A DNA stretch of 64,000 bases, from NCBI GenBank assembly GCA_000004985.1, contig GG738863.1. One strand, written 5' to 3'. The notes below the pieces were generated by a model. That model saw only the letters and a list, made by a program, of their open reading frames with translations. It made no database searches and was not told where the DNA came from. Source of the DNA: Naegleria gruberi (lineage: Eukaryota). Every line of letters begins with the position of its first letter. Positions within the stretch are counted from its first letter, which is position 1. The translations under genes and the position numbers were made by a program. Below, in pieces: positions 55,001 through 64,000 of this stretch.

Positions 55001-56233
55001 ATGTCTTCATCATCGGAGGAACACGTGCTGTCGCCAGCTCTATCAACATTCAGTGCTGTCGTATGTAAATCTATTCATCAGATGATTGTGAGATTTGAAT
55101 TTATTGATTTTTAATATCTTTGTAATTGATGATTTTAATGATTTGATGTTTTATTATATATATATTGGAATGATTATGATGATGAATTTAAATGATATAA
55201 TATATAAACAGGTCGGATGGGGATACTTTTTAGCATGGTCACTTTCTTTCTATCCACAAAATATTGAAAATTTCTGGAGAAAGAGTGTTGTTGGTTTGAG
55301 TTTTGATTTCTTAACTTTGAATATTATTGGACACACTTCCTATTTGATTTTTAATTGTGTCTTGTTTTGGGATCCTACAATGAAAAAGCAATATGAACTT
55401 AGACATGGCTCAGCAAATGTTCAAACAAATGATGTCTTCTTTTCGATACATGCAGTGACTTTGACTGCCATTACAATTTTCCAATGTATTATTTATGAAA
55501 GAGGTGGACAAACTATTTCAGTTCTTGCTAGAGGAATCAGTTTGACATTATTATTGTCAATTAGTGTTGCTGTCTTTTTGGCATTAGGTACTAGAATTGA
55601 ATGGGTTGACTTTTTAAAGTATTTGGGTATTGTTAAATTGTAAGTTTTTATTGATGAGTGTTAAATATTGAAATTTGAAAAGAATTGTTACAACTATTAA
55701 GGTATGTTTTCAATCAGTTGATTAATTAATTAATTCATTCATGTAATTGGAAATAGTACATTCCACAAGCATTTATCAATTACAAGAGAAAATTAACAAT
55801 TGGTTGGAGTATTGGAAATATCTTGTTAGATTTTTCAGGAGGAGCTCTTTCAATTTTCCAAATGGTCATTGATGGAATTAATACTGGAGATTGGACACCT
55901 TTCTATGGTGATTTCGTCAAGACAGGACTTGGATTCCTTTCTATTGCATTTGATATAATTTTCATGATTCAACATTACATTCTCTATCGTAAGAATAATA
56001 AGGAATATTATGCAAAATTGAGAGAAACTAGGAAATTATCCATGTATGAGGAGATGTGGGAATCATTCAAGACTAAATTCCTTTCAAGATTTAGAAAGAA
56101 TAGACAACAAGAACAACAACATTCTGAGAATGGTGAATCAAATCCATTAATTGTTTCGAATGGTGAATCTTTGGAACCAAATAATGTTCAATCATCAACA
56201 TATTATCAACAAGAAGAAGGAGCAACCATTTAA
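55001..56233 (+). CDS. CTNS: Cystinosin / PQ-loop lysosomal cystine transporter homologue. 4 exons: 55001-55060, 55212-55639, 55683-55701 (19-nt micro-exon), 55757-56233.
   Basis: The spliced product ...VGWGYFLAWSLSFYPQNIENFWRKSVVGLSFDFLTLNIIG...NDVFFSIHAVTLTAITIFQCIIYERGGQ...FLKYLGIVKL|IVTTIK|YIPQAFINYKRKLTIGWSIGNILLDFSGGALSIFQM...FDIIFMIQHYILYRK is collinear with human CTNS ([41 protein letters not shown]...[29 protein letters not shown]...[46 protein letters not shown]...FDVVFFIQHFCLYRK). Both PQ loops are present. Confidence 0.75.
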
Positions 56234-56726
56234 ATTATGATGGTGTTTTTTTTCATTTCAAACATTAAATATTTTGTAAAATACAATACTTCCATTTTTG
56301 TATAAACCACTATCTTGTTTAAATTGTCACTAATCATTAGAACAACAATAATTGTAAAAGATGGTTGTACAATATACCTTACGGTAGTTAGTTTCAGTTT
56401 TATGATTCCAAGTCAAGTTGATGAGTACTGACACTATTTCATAAAATAATCAATTGACATCTAATGCCAATCTCTGCTTAATGTTTATTGTTTCGCTCTC
56501 ATTACTCTTTTGAAATCGATTAATGCCTCAAAGATTCAATGTAACGATTTCGTACTGGTAGTAGTTTCCTCACTTTTTTACAAATAACCGAAAAACAGTC
56601 AACTAACAAAAAACCTTCAAATGCTGTCACTATCTCCTTAATTTTAATGTAAATTCATAAAGAAAAAGAGACAACCCTCACACTAATCAACAAGTGTATT
56701 TTAATTGGTTGACGTTTAAGAGAAAT

Positions 56727-57605
56727 ATGACTTCACTTTCAAATCCATCAAATAACATTTTGACAGCTGCCATGAATAATTCAACAACTACTTACCATCA
56801 ACAAGGACATGTTTCTGCAGAACAAGCCCTCCTTTCCATGATTAGTAATCCAAACTCCTCCCTTTCATTCTCCAATCCAAATTCCAATAATTCCTTCTTA
56901 CTTTCCAATAACTTTAATCCTCAACAACAACAACAAATCTTGAATTCCTCAGCCAATTCTCAACAGATTATGAATCCACAACAAGAATATATGAAACACA
57001 TTCTAATGAGAATTGATCAATCTCTTGATATGGTCTCTCAAAATCTGTTCAGAGATTTGGACAGTTTCTACATGATGCAACATCAAGAATTTAATCATAA
57101 AAAGAGAAAGTTTTCAGAATATGAAGAAGCTACTGATTACAATCATGGTATTGGTGCTGAGTTGATTGAAGAAGGTGCAGAGGGAGTTGGTTGTAACAAT
57201 TCGTCCAATTTCGTCCAAAAATCAGCAGTTCAACAAGAACTTGACAATGAATCCATTGAATTACAACAATTAACTGATTGGATTCAAAATAAGAAGAGAA
57301 AGAAGAATACCTCTCAAGGAAAAAAGGAAATTTTGAAAGAATTCTTAATGCTCAATAAGAATAATCCATATCCATCCGAAAGACAGAAAGAAATTTTCAT
57401 GAAGGAACTTGATTACGATAAGAAACAACTTAACAATTGGTTTATCAATGCTAGAAAGAGATATTTACGAAAGAAGGTTGCCTATACTCCACCAGATATT
57501 AGAAACAAGAATGAATTTGATTCAATTTTGGAAAATAAGGTTAGACAATCAATGAATCACAATGGAGAGGAAGATGATGAGCAGAATTTACCACTTCTCA
57601 ACTAG
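56727..57605 (+). CDS. TALE-class homeobox transcription factor (292 aa) with Q/N-rich N-terminus
   Basis: The C-terminal homeodomain is KKRKKNTSQGKKEILKEFLMLNKNNPYPSERQKEIFMKELDYDKKQLNNWFINARKRYLRKK. It has the three-residue loop insertion (NPYPS) and the WFINAR helix-3 signature of TALE homeodomains. The track start is a GTG; the first ATG is at 56727. Confidence 0.7.
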   Translation: MTSLSNPSNNILTAAMNNSTTTYHQQGHVSAEQALLSMISNPNSSLSFSNPNSNNSFLLSNNFNPQQQQQILNSSANSQQIMNPQQEYMKHILMRIDQSLDMVSQNLFRDLDSFYMMQHQEFNHKKRKFSEYEEATDYNHGIGAELIEEGAEGVGCNNSSNFVQKSAVQQELDNESIELQQLTDWIQNKKRKKNTSQGKKEILKEFLMLNKNNPYPSERQKEIFMKELDYDKKQLNNWFINARKRYLRKKVAYTPPDIRNKNEFDSILENKVRQSMNHNGEEDDEQNLPLLN

Positions 57606-57697
57606 GAAATGCTAGGAAATTTAATATTCGAGTTTAAATAAATGTAAAATAATAATGTAAATAATTATTCGAAAGTGAAAAAGTTTAATCAAAAAAA

Positions 57698-58852
57698 ATG
57701 AATAGACTTTGGGATGAATCATCATTGGAATCTGTGGATATTTTTTCTCATGTTTTTCAATATTTAAAGTTAGAGGAATTATATACGCTTCAAAAAGTTT
57801 CTCCCTTTTTTTACCGAACTATCGAATATTTAAAATCACTTCTCATCAAACCACTCTTTGATATTGGAATAGTTTCAAGTGATAGGGATCAATTAGAAGA
57901 CTTTATTCAACTTTTCCTAAAAGAAAAATTAACATCCACCAATCCGAAACCTTTCCACAATATAAATGAGCTAAAGACAAGCAACCAAAAAGACGAAATG
58001 CACAGTGTGAGTTTTAATGGATCACAAATTCACGTCTTCCACCCAATTGAAAAGGAATTCATTCTCAAAAAGGATCGATACAGAGTATTTTTCTATCCTC
58101 TTCTTTGTGAATACAAGACAAGTCTTGCCCATGGAGAATTCGAACGATTGGATGGGTTTATCTTTCTGAAACCGAAAGATTTGAGTATCTATGCCAGTAT
58201 GCCGAGAGGTTGTGGCTATTGTGCAACTCTGTTGGAATTGGGAGAGTCTGGAATAAGCTCTAATGATGAAGCATTGAGTATGCCAGTTAGTGAATTTGGA
58301 AAATTTAAAATTGAGAGAATGGAAAGATTGAATATCGAAAAGGAAATTATTAATAGTCTGAATTATATTTCGGAAAATTCAGGTCGAGTATTGGATTTGA
58401 ATTCTTCGGAGGAGGGTGGAGTGAAAACTTGTTTATTGGAGAAAATAGAGTCGATTATAAGAGAGCCAAATGATGGAAAAGTTACTGATATGGTTTACTG
58501 TCTATTTAAAAAGAGGTTTAGTTTAAGATATTTGATATTGGCAGAGAAAGTGAGATACACAGTAAGAAAATTGAATTTCTTCAATTTACCTCATAATGTT
58601 CAATTCAGTCTGTTGGAAAGATTGTACAGAGCTGAAATGGGACAGAATGCTGTCAAAATAATTGACGATGTGTATTCCATTAAGGTTATTTACAACAGCG
58701 GTTTAAAATATGTTCTAAACTATCAAAAAAACAAATGGGAAACAAAGGAATTTGAAACTACGATATTATTTGATTTGGTTTCTCAGGAAATTAGATTTGA
58801 CAGCAAGCAAACGAACAGATACACTAATAATTCCAAATGTATAATTTGTTAA
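57698..58852 (+). CDS. F-box-like domain protein (384 aa)
   Basis: N-terminus FSHVFQYLKLEELYTLQKVSPFFYRTI is an F-box-like L..L..V...F pattern. The rest is unrecognised. Confidence 0.4.
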   Translation: MNRLWDESSLESVDIFSHVFQYLKLEELYTLQKVSPFFYRTIEYLKSLLIKPLFDIGIVSSDRDQLEDFIQLFLKEKLTSTNPKPFHNINELKTSNQKDEMHSVSFNGSQIHVFHPIEKEFILKKDRYRVFFYPLLCEYKTSLAHGEFERLDGFIFLKPKDLSIYASMPRGCGYCATLLELGESGISSNDEALSMPVSEFGKFKIERMERLNIEKEIINSLNYISENSGRVLDLNSSEEGGVKTCLLEKIESIIREPNDGKVTDMVYCLFKKRFSLRYLILAEKVRYTVRKLNFFNLPHNVQFSLLERLYRAEMGQNAVKIIDDVYSIKVIYNSGLKYVLNYQKNKWETKEFETTILFDLVSQEIRFDSKQTNRYTNNSKCIIC

Positions 58853-58869
58853 TTAAATATTAAATTGAT

Positions 58870-61581
58870 TCAGTAATATTGATAACCATCCAACTGCTTA
58901 ATTTTCGACTCTCTATCTCTATTAAAGGTTATTCTTTTTAGTATGTCACCTTCTTTTTCGAGGATTGTTATATGATCTAGCTGATCAGAATAAATAGCAT
59001 CCCTTCGTTGTGTCAAAAAATCTTGTGCACTAAGGGTTGAATAGGTTGGCTCAGCACTTCCATGTTCAAGAATATCATCATATTCCTCAATGCATACATT
59101 AGAAATCATACTGTCATCACTGTAATAAGTTTCCTCATTTGATGATTCGCTGTCACTACTTTCAGTATCACTCTCATATCTATTTTTGAGCAAGTTGATT
59201 GGTGTTTCAGTTTCATAATCTTTATCCATTTCATCATCTTGAGTTTCATCCAAATAACTTGACTCAAATTGTCCTTCAATAATCTCAATTAAGGTGTTCA
59301 AAATTGTTTCATCACGAATAAACTTTTCCAGTTGATTTCTTACTTCTTCTGAATTAATTTGCATTATTTCTACCAAATTATTTTCAAATTCTCCAAGTTT
59401 CACATATTCCCTATCAACACTTTGGTAATCTAAATTTGTTGTGGAGGTAATCAAAGATCCAGCCAAAGACACATCTGCACCAATAATAAAATCTCTCTCA
59501 GAGAAATTGGCAATATCTTCAGCAAGAGTGAAATTGTTGGAGATTAAATTCTCACAAGCTTGTTGAATAAACATCTTGGCATTTGGCATGATTTTGATAT
59601 CACACTTGAAATCGAGTGAAGTTTCTTGAATAAGAGGCCCTATATGATTTTTTGGAATTACTAAATCTTTTCTGAAAACAAACTCTGGTCCTATTGTAAT
59701 ACTTGTTTCATCATTGGTTGTTTCAGTTACTACCTCTTTTGGTTGTTCGTCATCTTGATCATTTTCTATTGAATTGGCTTTTCTCTTTAGAATTTTAACA
59801 AAGTTTCCATCATCTTGTTCACTCATATATCCATTCATCATATTAACAAAGTCAAAATATTCGTATCTACTATAACTCCAATCAACAAGCTCAAGTTCTT
59901 CAAGAGGTTTCCGTAATTTTCTCAAATTTTCATTGTAAACGTAATCCTTGTGAGGATTTCTCTTTCTTTTCGATGCTTTTACATTTTTCATTTCCTTCAC
60001 AACCCATTCGTACGACAATCCATACTCATTTTCAGATTCATCAGATTCGTCAGAATCATCAGAATCTTCATCCATTAATTCATCATTGAATGATTTTTCT
60101 ACAATTACGAATTCCTTCATTGGTGTATAATGTTTGTCATCTACAACACCTGCTTCATCCAACAAGATGCCCTTCTCCAAGCTCAGCTTGTGAAGATCGT
60201 TTGGTCTGTCGACATCTTTGATTTTCTCCACTGTATCAAATGTTATATTCACTTGTCCATATTTTCCTTCCAATATTTCAAGTATTTGAGATTGTTCTGA
60301 ATTGACTTCACCAATTTTGCAAAGAGTGAAACAGTTGAGTTTCCTTCCTCTGTGTTCAATTTTTGATTCAACAAATGGATTTGCCAAGTATTTGTGAATT
60401 AGCAATTCACACATTTCAACATTTCTCTTTTTGACTGCATGATGAAGAATTGTCAATCCACATCCATCATGAATATAGGTCTTTACATGTGCCTCAAGAC
60501 AAACATTCAAACAATCCAAACTTGATGTATTCGAAAGAGAGGCAAGTGTTGTTTCATTCTTATTTCCAACATTTAAACACCATTCCAATAATTGTGAACT
60601 GTTTATCCAAACTGCCAAATGTTGTAAATAAAATCCTTTTGATATCTTTGGTATAAAACTATCAAATACTTCACATGTTTCATAATTTCTCTTCATACCA
60701 ATATCACTGAATCTCATTCTATCAACCTTAATTCCACACACTCTCAGTTTTTTCATTATATTGGTTACTAAACATGAACTGATTGAACTACCAGATACTA
60801 AACATGAACTATCTGAGTTATTTGATTCTTTTTTCAAACAGTTAATACCTTGAAACTTTTCAATAATAAATAAAATGTAATCTCTTGGAATGCAAGAGTA
60901 TGTATCATCCAATTCACTCCAGCAGTTCGCAATATCTTCATCAAACAAACTTCGTGTTTCAATGATTTCTAATAAATTCTTGTCAAAAATGATTTTATCA
61001 TTCCATTCAATTTCTTTTGGTTTCTCTTGCCATGAATTCACAAGTTTAACAGCTGGTTCAAATAATTTGCCAAAAAACAATCCAATAGGAATTGAGACTT
61101 GACCCATTCCAATGTGTGAAATCATCTCTCTTCCTAAACATGATTGAATCATTGCTTTTAACACCAATGCCTTCTCTTTCGAATAACTTTTAATCCATTC
61201 TTCAAATCTTTCAAATAAATTCATTGATTTATCATCATTTTCAGATTCATACGTAATTAATTCTTCATCTCTTGTAAGATAGACAACCTGGCTTTCTTCA
61301 TCCTTGGTAAAATCTTTGAATTTGTTTCTATGAGTTTTAAATAATAATTGATCATGAAATGCATGTGTTGGAAAGAAGGAATCGGAATCTGAAAATTTAT
61401 TATTCTTTCCTCTCAATTGATTCATCAAAACATTCCAAAAAGCAGCTTCATCATCAAGCAGAACTCGGAATGTTTTGTTAATGTTTCTAAAAGTGATAAT
61501 TTGATGAAACAATTGATATGGATCCACTTGAAAATAAAAGATGTTTTCCAATATTTCATTGGGCAGATCTGTTAATAACAT
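58870..61581 (-). CDS. Large F-box-like plus ankyrin-repeat protein (903 aa) with an acidic D/E/S-rich C-terminal region
   Basis: The N-terminus LLTDLPNEILENIFYFQVDPYQLFHQIITFRNINKTFRVLL is F-box-like. Mid-protein ankyrin-like units occur (GLTILHHAVKKRNVEMCELLIHKYLANP). There is a long acidic tail. ATG is verified. Confidence 0.5.
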   Translation of the reverse strand: MLLTDLPNEILENIFYFQVDPYQLFHQIITFRNINKTFRVLLDDEAAFWNVLMNQLRGKNNKFSDSDSFFPTHAFHDQLLFKTHRNKFKDFTKDEESQVVYLTRDEELITYESENDDKSMNLFERFEEWIKSYSKEKALVLKAMIQSCLGREMISHIGMGQVSIPIGLFFGKLFEPAVKLVNSWQEKPKEIEWNDKIIFDKNLLEIIETRSLFDEDIANCWSELDDTYSCIPRDYILFIIEKFQGINCLKKESNNSDSSCLVSGSSISSCLVTNIMKKLRVCGIKVDRMRFSDIGMKRNYETCEVFDSFIPKISKGFYLQHLAVWINSSQLLEWCLNVGNKNETTLASLSNTSSLDCLNVCLEAHVKTYIHDGCGLTILHHAVKKRNVEMCELLIHKYLANPFVESKIEHRGRKLNCFTLCKIGEVNSEQSQILEILEGKYGQVNITFDTVEKIKDVDRPNDLHKLSLEKGILLDEAGVVDDKHYTPMKEFVIVEKSFNDELMDEDSDDSDESDESENEYGLSYEWVVKEMKNVKASKRKRNPHKDYVYNENLRKLRKPLEELELVDWSYSRYEYFDFVNMMNGYMSEQDDGNFVKILKRKANSIENDQDDEQPKEVVTETTNDETSITIGPEFVFRKDLVIPKNHIGPLIQETSLDFKCDIKIMPNAKMFIQQACENLISNNFTLAEDIANFSERDFIIGADVSLAGSLITSTTNLDYQSVDREYVKLGEFENNLVEIMQINSEEVRNQLEKFIRDETILNTLIEIIEGQFESSYLDETQDDEMDKDYETETPINLLKNRYESDTESSDSESSNEETYYSDDSMISNVCIEEYDDILEHGSAEPTYSTLSAQDFLTQRRDAIYSDQLDHITILEKEGDILKRITFNRDRESKIKQLDGYQYY

Positions 61582-61975
61582 TTTTTTTAGCTAATTCTAT
61601 TCATAATCGATTGGATTTGAAATTGGCATTCTGTTCACTCAAGTTTTATTATCAATACAAGTCAATTAATCTGTTTTAAGGGAAGTTAATTCTAGTTTAC
61701 TATATCTTTTGGTAATTGTAAATTATTTGATTCCATTCATTCACACAACCTTAATTGTTAGTGTTTGTACTTGTAATTTGCAACTTGATTTATGTAATAA
61801 ATTGAAAATTGAGGACCTTATCATCAATAACTTACCAAGTTGTTCAAACAATAGTTGTTCAAAATCAATGATCTAAACTATACACCTAGATTTTTTACAA
61901 ATCCAAACGTATCGATAGGATATTACGACTCTATTGTAAAATGTGATTGGAATTAACTCCGAGGACAATTTAAAA

Positions 61976-63376
61976 ATGAAAAGAAAGGCAGAAGCAGATT
62001 CTATCGAAAACGAGAAGAAACAAAAACCAAATAATTTCCAACACTATCATGATGACTCGGAAGACAAGGTAACATTCTATCTCGATTTAAACATTGCATC
62101 AAAATTGCTTTCAGATAAAATCAGAGACAACACAGACAAGACGAAAATAAGGAGATTTGTTACCAAGATCAAAAACAGCTCCACAGAAGAAGAAGGAAGA
62201 AATATTATGCGAGAATTCAATGTTGATGTGGTAAAAGAGAGATTTTTACTCACTCAATTGTGTAATTCAATTTTTAACAAGAAAATAATTTGGATTGGAT
62301 CTTTATTCAAGTTGTGGAATAATAGAACATTTGTGGAGAATATAGTTAAACAAAGTGGTAAATATTATTCATACTTTGAGTACGCATCTGAATCATTAAG
62401 GAATGACAGAGAAATGGTGATGATGGCAGTTCAACATGACAGCTTTGCACTTGGACGTGTATCTAAAGAATTAAAGAATGACAAAGAAATTGTAATGCTT
62501 GCTGTACAAACACTTGGCCTCACTCTTATTCATGCATCGACAGAATTGAAAAGTGATCGAGAAATTGTTTTGAAGGCAGTTCAGAAGGATGGTAAAGCAC
62601 TTTCGTGGGCAGCTGAAGAATTGAAAAGCGACAGAGAAATTGTAATGGCTGCTGTGAAACAATGGGGAAAATCAATCCAAAATGCATCTAAAGAATTGCA
62701 ACGTGACAGAGAAATTGTACTAAATGCCGTTCAACAGGATGGAAGAGCTCTTGATTATGCATGTGAGGAACTGCACAGTGATAGAGAACTTGTATTGGCT
62801 GCTGTCAAACAATATGGTAAAGCAATAGAAATTGCATCCACCAAATTGCAACAAGACAGAGAAATTGTAATGGCTGCCATTCAACAAGACATTGAAGCAC
62901 TCGAATATGCATCTGAATTATTAAGAGATGATAGAGAATTTATCAAAATGTTTGCTCTCTACAATGGAATTAGAGCACTTTCTTATGCAAGTGATGAATT
63001 TCAAAGTGATAGAGAAATTGTAATGCTTGCTGTAAAACAAAATGGTGTAGCACTTGCGTATGCATCTGAAAAATTGCAAGGTGATAGAGAAATTGTAATG
63101 CTTGCTGTTCAACAAGATGGATTAGCTCTTGAGTCTGCATCTGAAGAATTGAGGAATGATAGAGAAATTGTATTGGCTGCTGTTCAACAAGACGGATCAG
63201 CTCTTCAATTTACATCTGAGGAATTTCAACGTGATAGAGAAATTGTAAAAGCTGCAGTGAAACAAAATAATGATTCAATTATTTATGCAGCCGATGAAAT
63301 GAAATATGATAGAGAAATTTGTGAATTACTTTCTGAGGAGGAAGATGAAGAAGAAGATGAAGAGGAGGAAGAATAA
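61976..63376 (+). CDS. DUF4116-type tandem-repeat protein: 12 consecutive 25-aa repeats (L.sDREIVLaAVqQdG.AL.yASEE) with a basic N-terminus and an acidic EEEDEEEDEEEEE C-terminus
   Basis: The repeat units are seen directly, for example LKSDREIVLKAVQKDGKALSWAAEE, LQRDREIVLNAVQQDGRALDYACEE and LRNDREIVLAAVQQDGSALQFTSEE. The track start is a GTG; the first ATG is at 61976. The DUF4116 assignment is from memory of the Pfam repeat. Confidence 0.6.
   Translation: MKRKAEADSIENEKKQKPNNFQHYHDDSEDKVTFYLDLNIASKLLSDKIRDNTDKTKIRRFVTKIKNSSTEEEGRNIMREFNVDVVKERFLLTQLCNSIFNKKIIWIGSLFKLWNNRTFVENIVKQSGKYYSYFEYASESLRNDREMVMMAVQHDSFALGRVSKELKNDKEIVMLAVQTLGLTLIHASTELKSDREIVLKAVQKDGKALSWAAEELKSDREIVMAAVKQWGKSIQNASKELQRDREIVLNAVQQDGRALDYACEELHSDRELVLAAVKQYGKAIEIASTKLQQDREIVMAAIQQDIEALEYASELLRDDREFIKMFALYNGIRALSYASDEFQSDREIVMLAVKQNGVALAYASEKLQGDREIVMLAVQQDGLALESASEELRNDREIVLAAVQQDGSALQFTSEEFQRDREIVKAAVKQNNDSIIYAADEMKYDREICELLSEEEDEEEDEEEEE
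62390..63290 (+). repeat. 12 x 75-nt tandem repeat (coding) within the DUF4116-repeat gene
   Basis: The nucleotide-level recurrence of gaYagagaaattgtaatgSYtgctgt... at 75-nt spacing is visible directly. Confidence 0.75.
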
Positions 63377-63625
63377 ATATTTCGTGAGCCAACTCTTATT
63401 CTATGTTCTAATTGTCGAATTATGATTTTCTGATTTAAAGTTATTTCATTAATTCCTATTGCAGGAATTATTTCCAAGGTTATAAAAACTATTGTAAGGC
63501 AAATGAGGGTACAAAACATTTTTAAGTTATTTTTATCATTTCCACCAAAGAGAATTCTTCCCGCCAACGAAATTCAAAAAAACCTTGAAGCCTCTGTTAT
63601 GTGCTGAAGAAAAGGCTTAAAAAAA

Positions 63626-64000
63626 ATGCAACAACAACCTAGCGAACAAGACTTGACCAACTTTGGTATTTTGATGCAAAATACACTCAATCATGAAAAT
63701 AATGTGAGAGTGAAGGGTATGTAGATTGTTGTAGGAATGTATATATAACGTATTTTTTAACAGCGGAACAAGATTTAAAGTTAATGGAAAAACAACCTGG
63801 TTTTGTGATGTTGCTCCTTACTTTTATTTCTAAACAATTAACTAACAAGTTTATGGGTGCCCAATCGGCTATTATATTGAAGAATTTGGTGAAGAGAGAT
63901 TGGGATGTTGGTTTGATTTTAAAAAACGAAGACAAGGAAATTATAAAATCAGGAGTTGTGGATATTATGATTAGAAGTGATCTTACAATCCAAGAAATTT
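63626..64000 (+). CDS. Importin-beta-family transport receptor (importin-7/8- or exportin-2-like N-terminal domain). It is 3'-partial at the window end. Exons 63626-63716 and 63764->64000.
   Basis: Exon 1 MQQQPSEQDLTNFGILMQNTLNHENNVRVK + G|GTATGT. A 47-nt intron ends ttaacag|. Exon 2 AEQDLKLMEKQPGFVMLLLTFISKQLTNKFMGAQSAIILKNLVKRDWDVG... resembles the importin-beta N-terminal (IBN_N) domain, for example the RanBP7 segment ...[37 protein letters not shown]. Confidence 0.55.

Noticed and set aside
3398-61943. ORF-track start coordinates at 3398, 9610, 17836, 20674, 38658, 41100, 56694 and 61943.
   Set aside because: These 'M' residues correspond to TTG/GTG codons in the DNA. They were replaced by the first in-frame ATG with A-rich context, or by an upstream spliced exon.
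1-64000. Prokaryotic-style interpretation: operons, CRISPR arrays, defence islands, IS elements.
   Set aside because: The sequence has spliceosomal GTAAGT...AG introns inside conserved proteins, eukaryote-specific families (V-ATPase c, eL29, GMF, cystinosin, homeobox, GGTase-I, PIG-L, sorting nexin), A-rich Kozak contexts and Q/N-rich tracts. No direct-repeat or spacer arrays, terminal inverted repeats or transposase-like ORFs were seen.

Overview
This window is eukaryotic nuclear DNA, not prokaryotic. It is AT-rich (roughly one-third GC by eye) and gene-dense, with about 45 protein-coding genes on both strands and no operon structure.

Genes start with A-rich Kozak contexts (aaaaaATG) and almost always end in TAA. 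Introns are very short, from about 37 to 120 nt, with GTAAGT or GTATGT donors and AG acceptors. At least two internal micro-exons occur, of 21 nt and 19 nt. Many proteins carry Q/N/S-rich low-complexity tracts. By inference this fits an amoebozoan or dictyostelid-like protist, but the lineage cannot be proven from the sequence alone.

The ORF track labels TTG/GTG alternative starts as M, so several true ATG starts were re-derived by hand. One 49-nt assembly gap (N run) lies at 36986-37034.

Recognisable genes include:
- a V-ATPase 16-kDa proteolipid (5 exons)
- ribosomal protein eL29
- a geranylgeranyltransferase-I beta subunit
- the PIG-L GlcNAc-PI de-N-acetylase
- cystinosin (4 exons, including a 19-nt micro-exon)
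- glia maturation factor (GMF, 3 exons)
- the SOSS-B/NABP OB-fold protein
- a PX-BAR sorting nexin
- a Cid1/GLD2-type nucleotidyltransferase
- an ATP23-like M76 peptidase
- an RsmE-like methyltransferase
- a trypsin-like S1 protease
- a G-patch/KOW protein
- a fungal-type Zn2Cys6 transcription factor split by a 37-nt intron
- a TALE homeobox protein
- a SHAQKYF-type Myb protein
- an ArfGAP with a GW/FG-repeat tail
- an IQ-motif coiled-coil protein
- an NHL-repeat protein
- a fused PsuG-PsuK pseudouridine-catabolism gene
- a protoglobin-like sensor-globin-domain protein
- a 12 x 25-aa DUF4116 tandem-repeat protein
- a multi-exon synapsin-family ATP-grasp gene
- an importin-beta-family N-terminus, cut by the window end

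The most notable non-coding signal is a near-perfect palindromic E2F-type element, TTTGGCGCCAAA, placed 40-55 nt upstream of the ATG of three different minus-strand genes. No rRNA, tRNA, CRISPR or transposon was recognised by eye.
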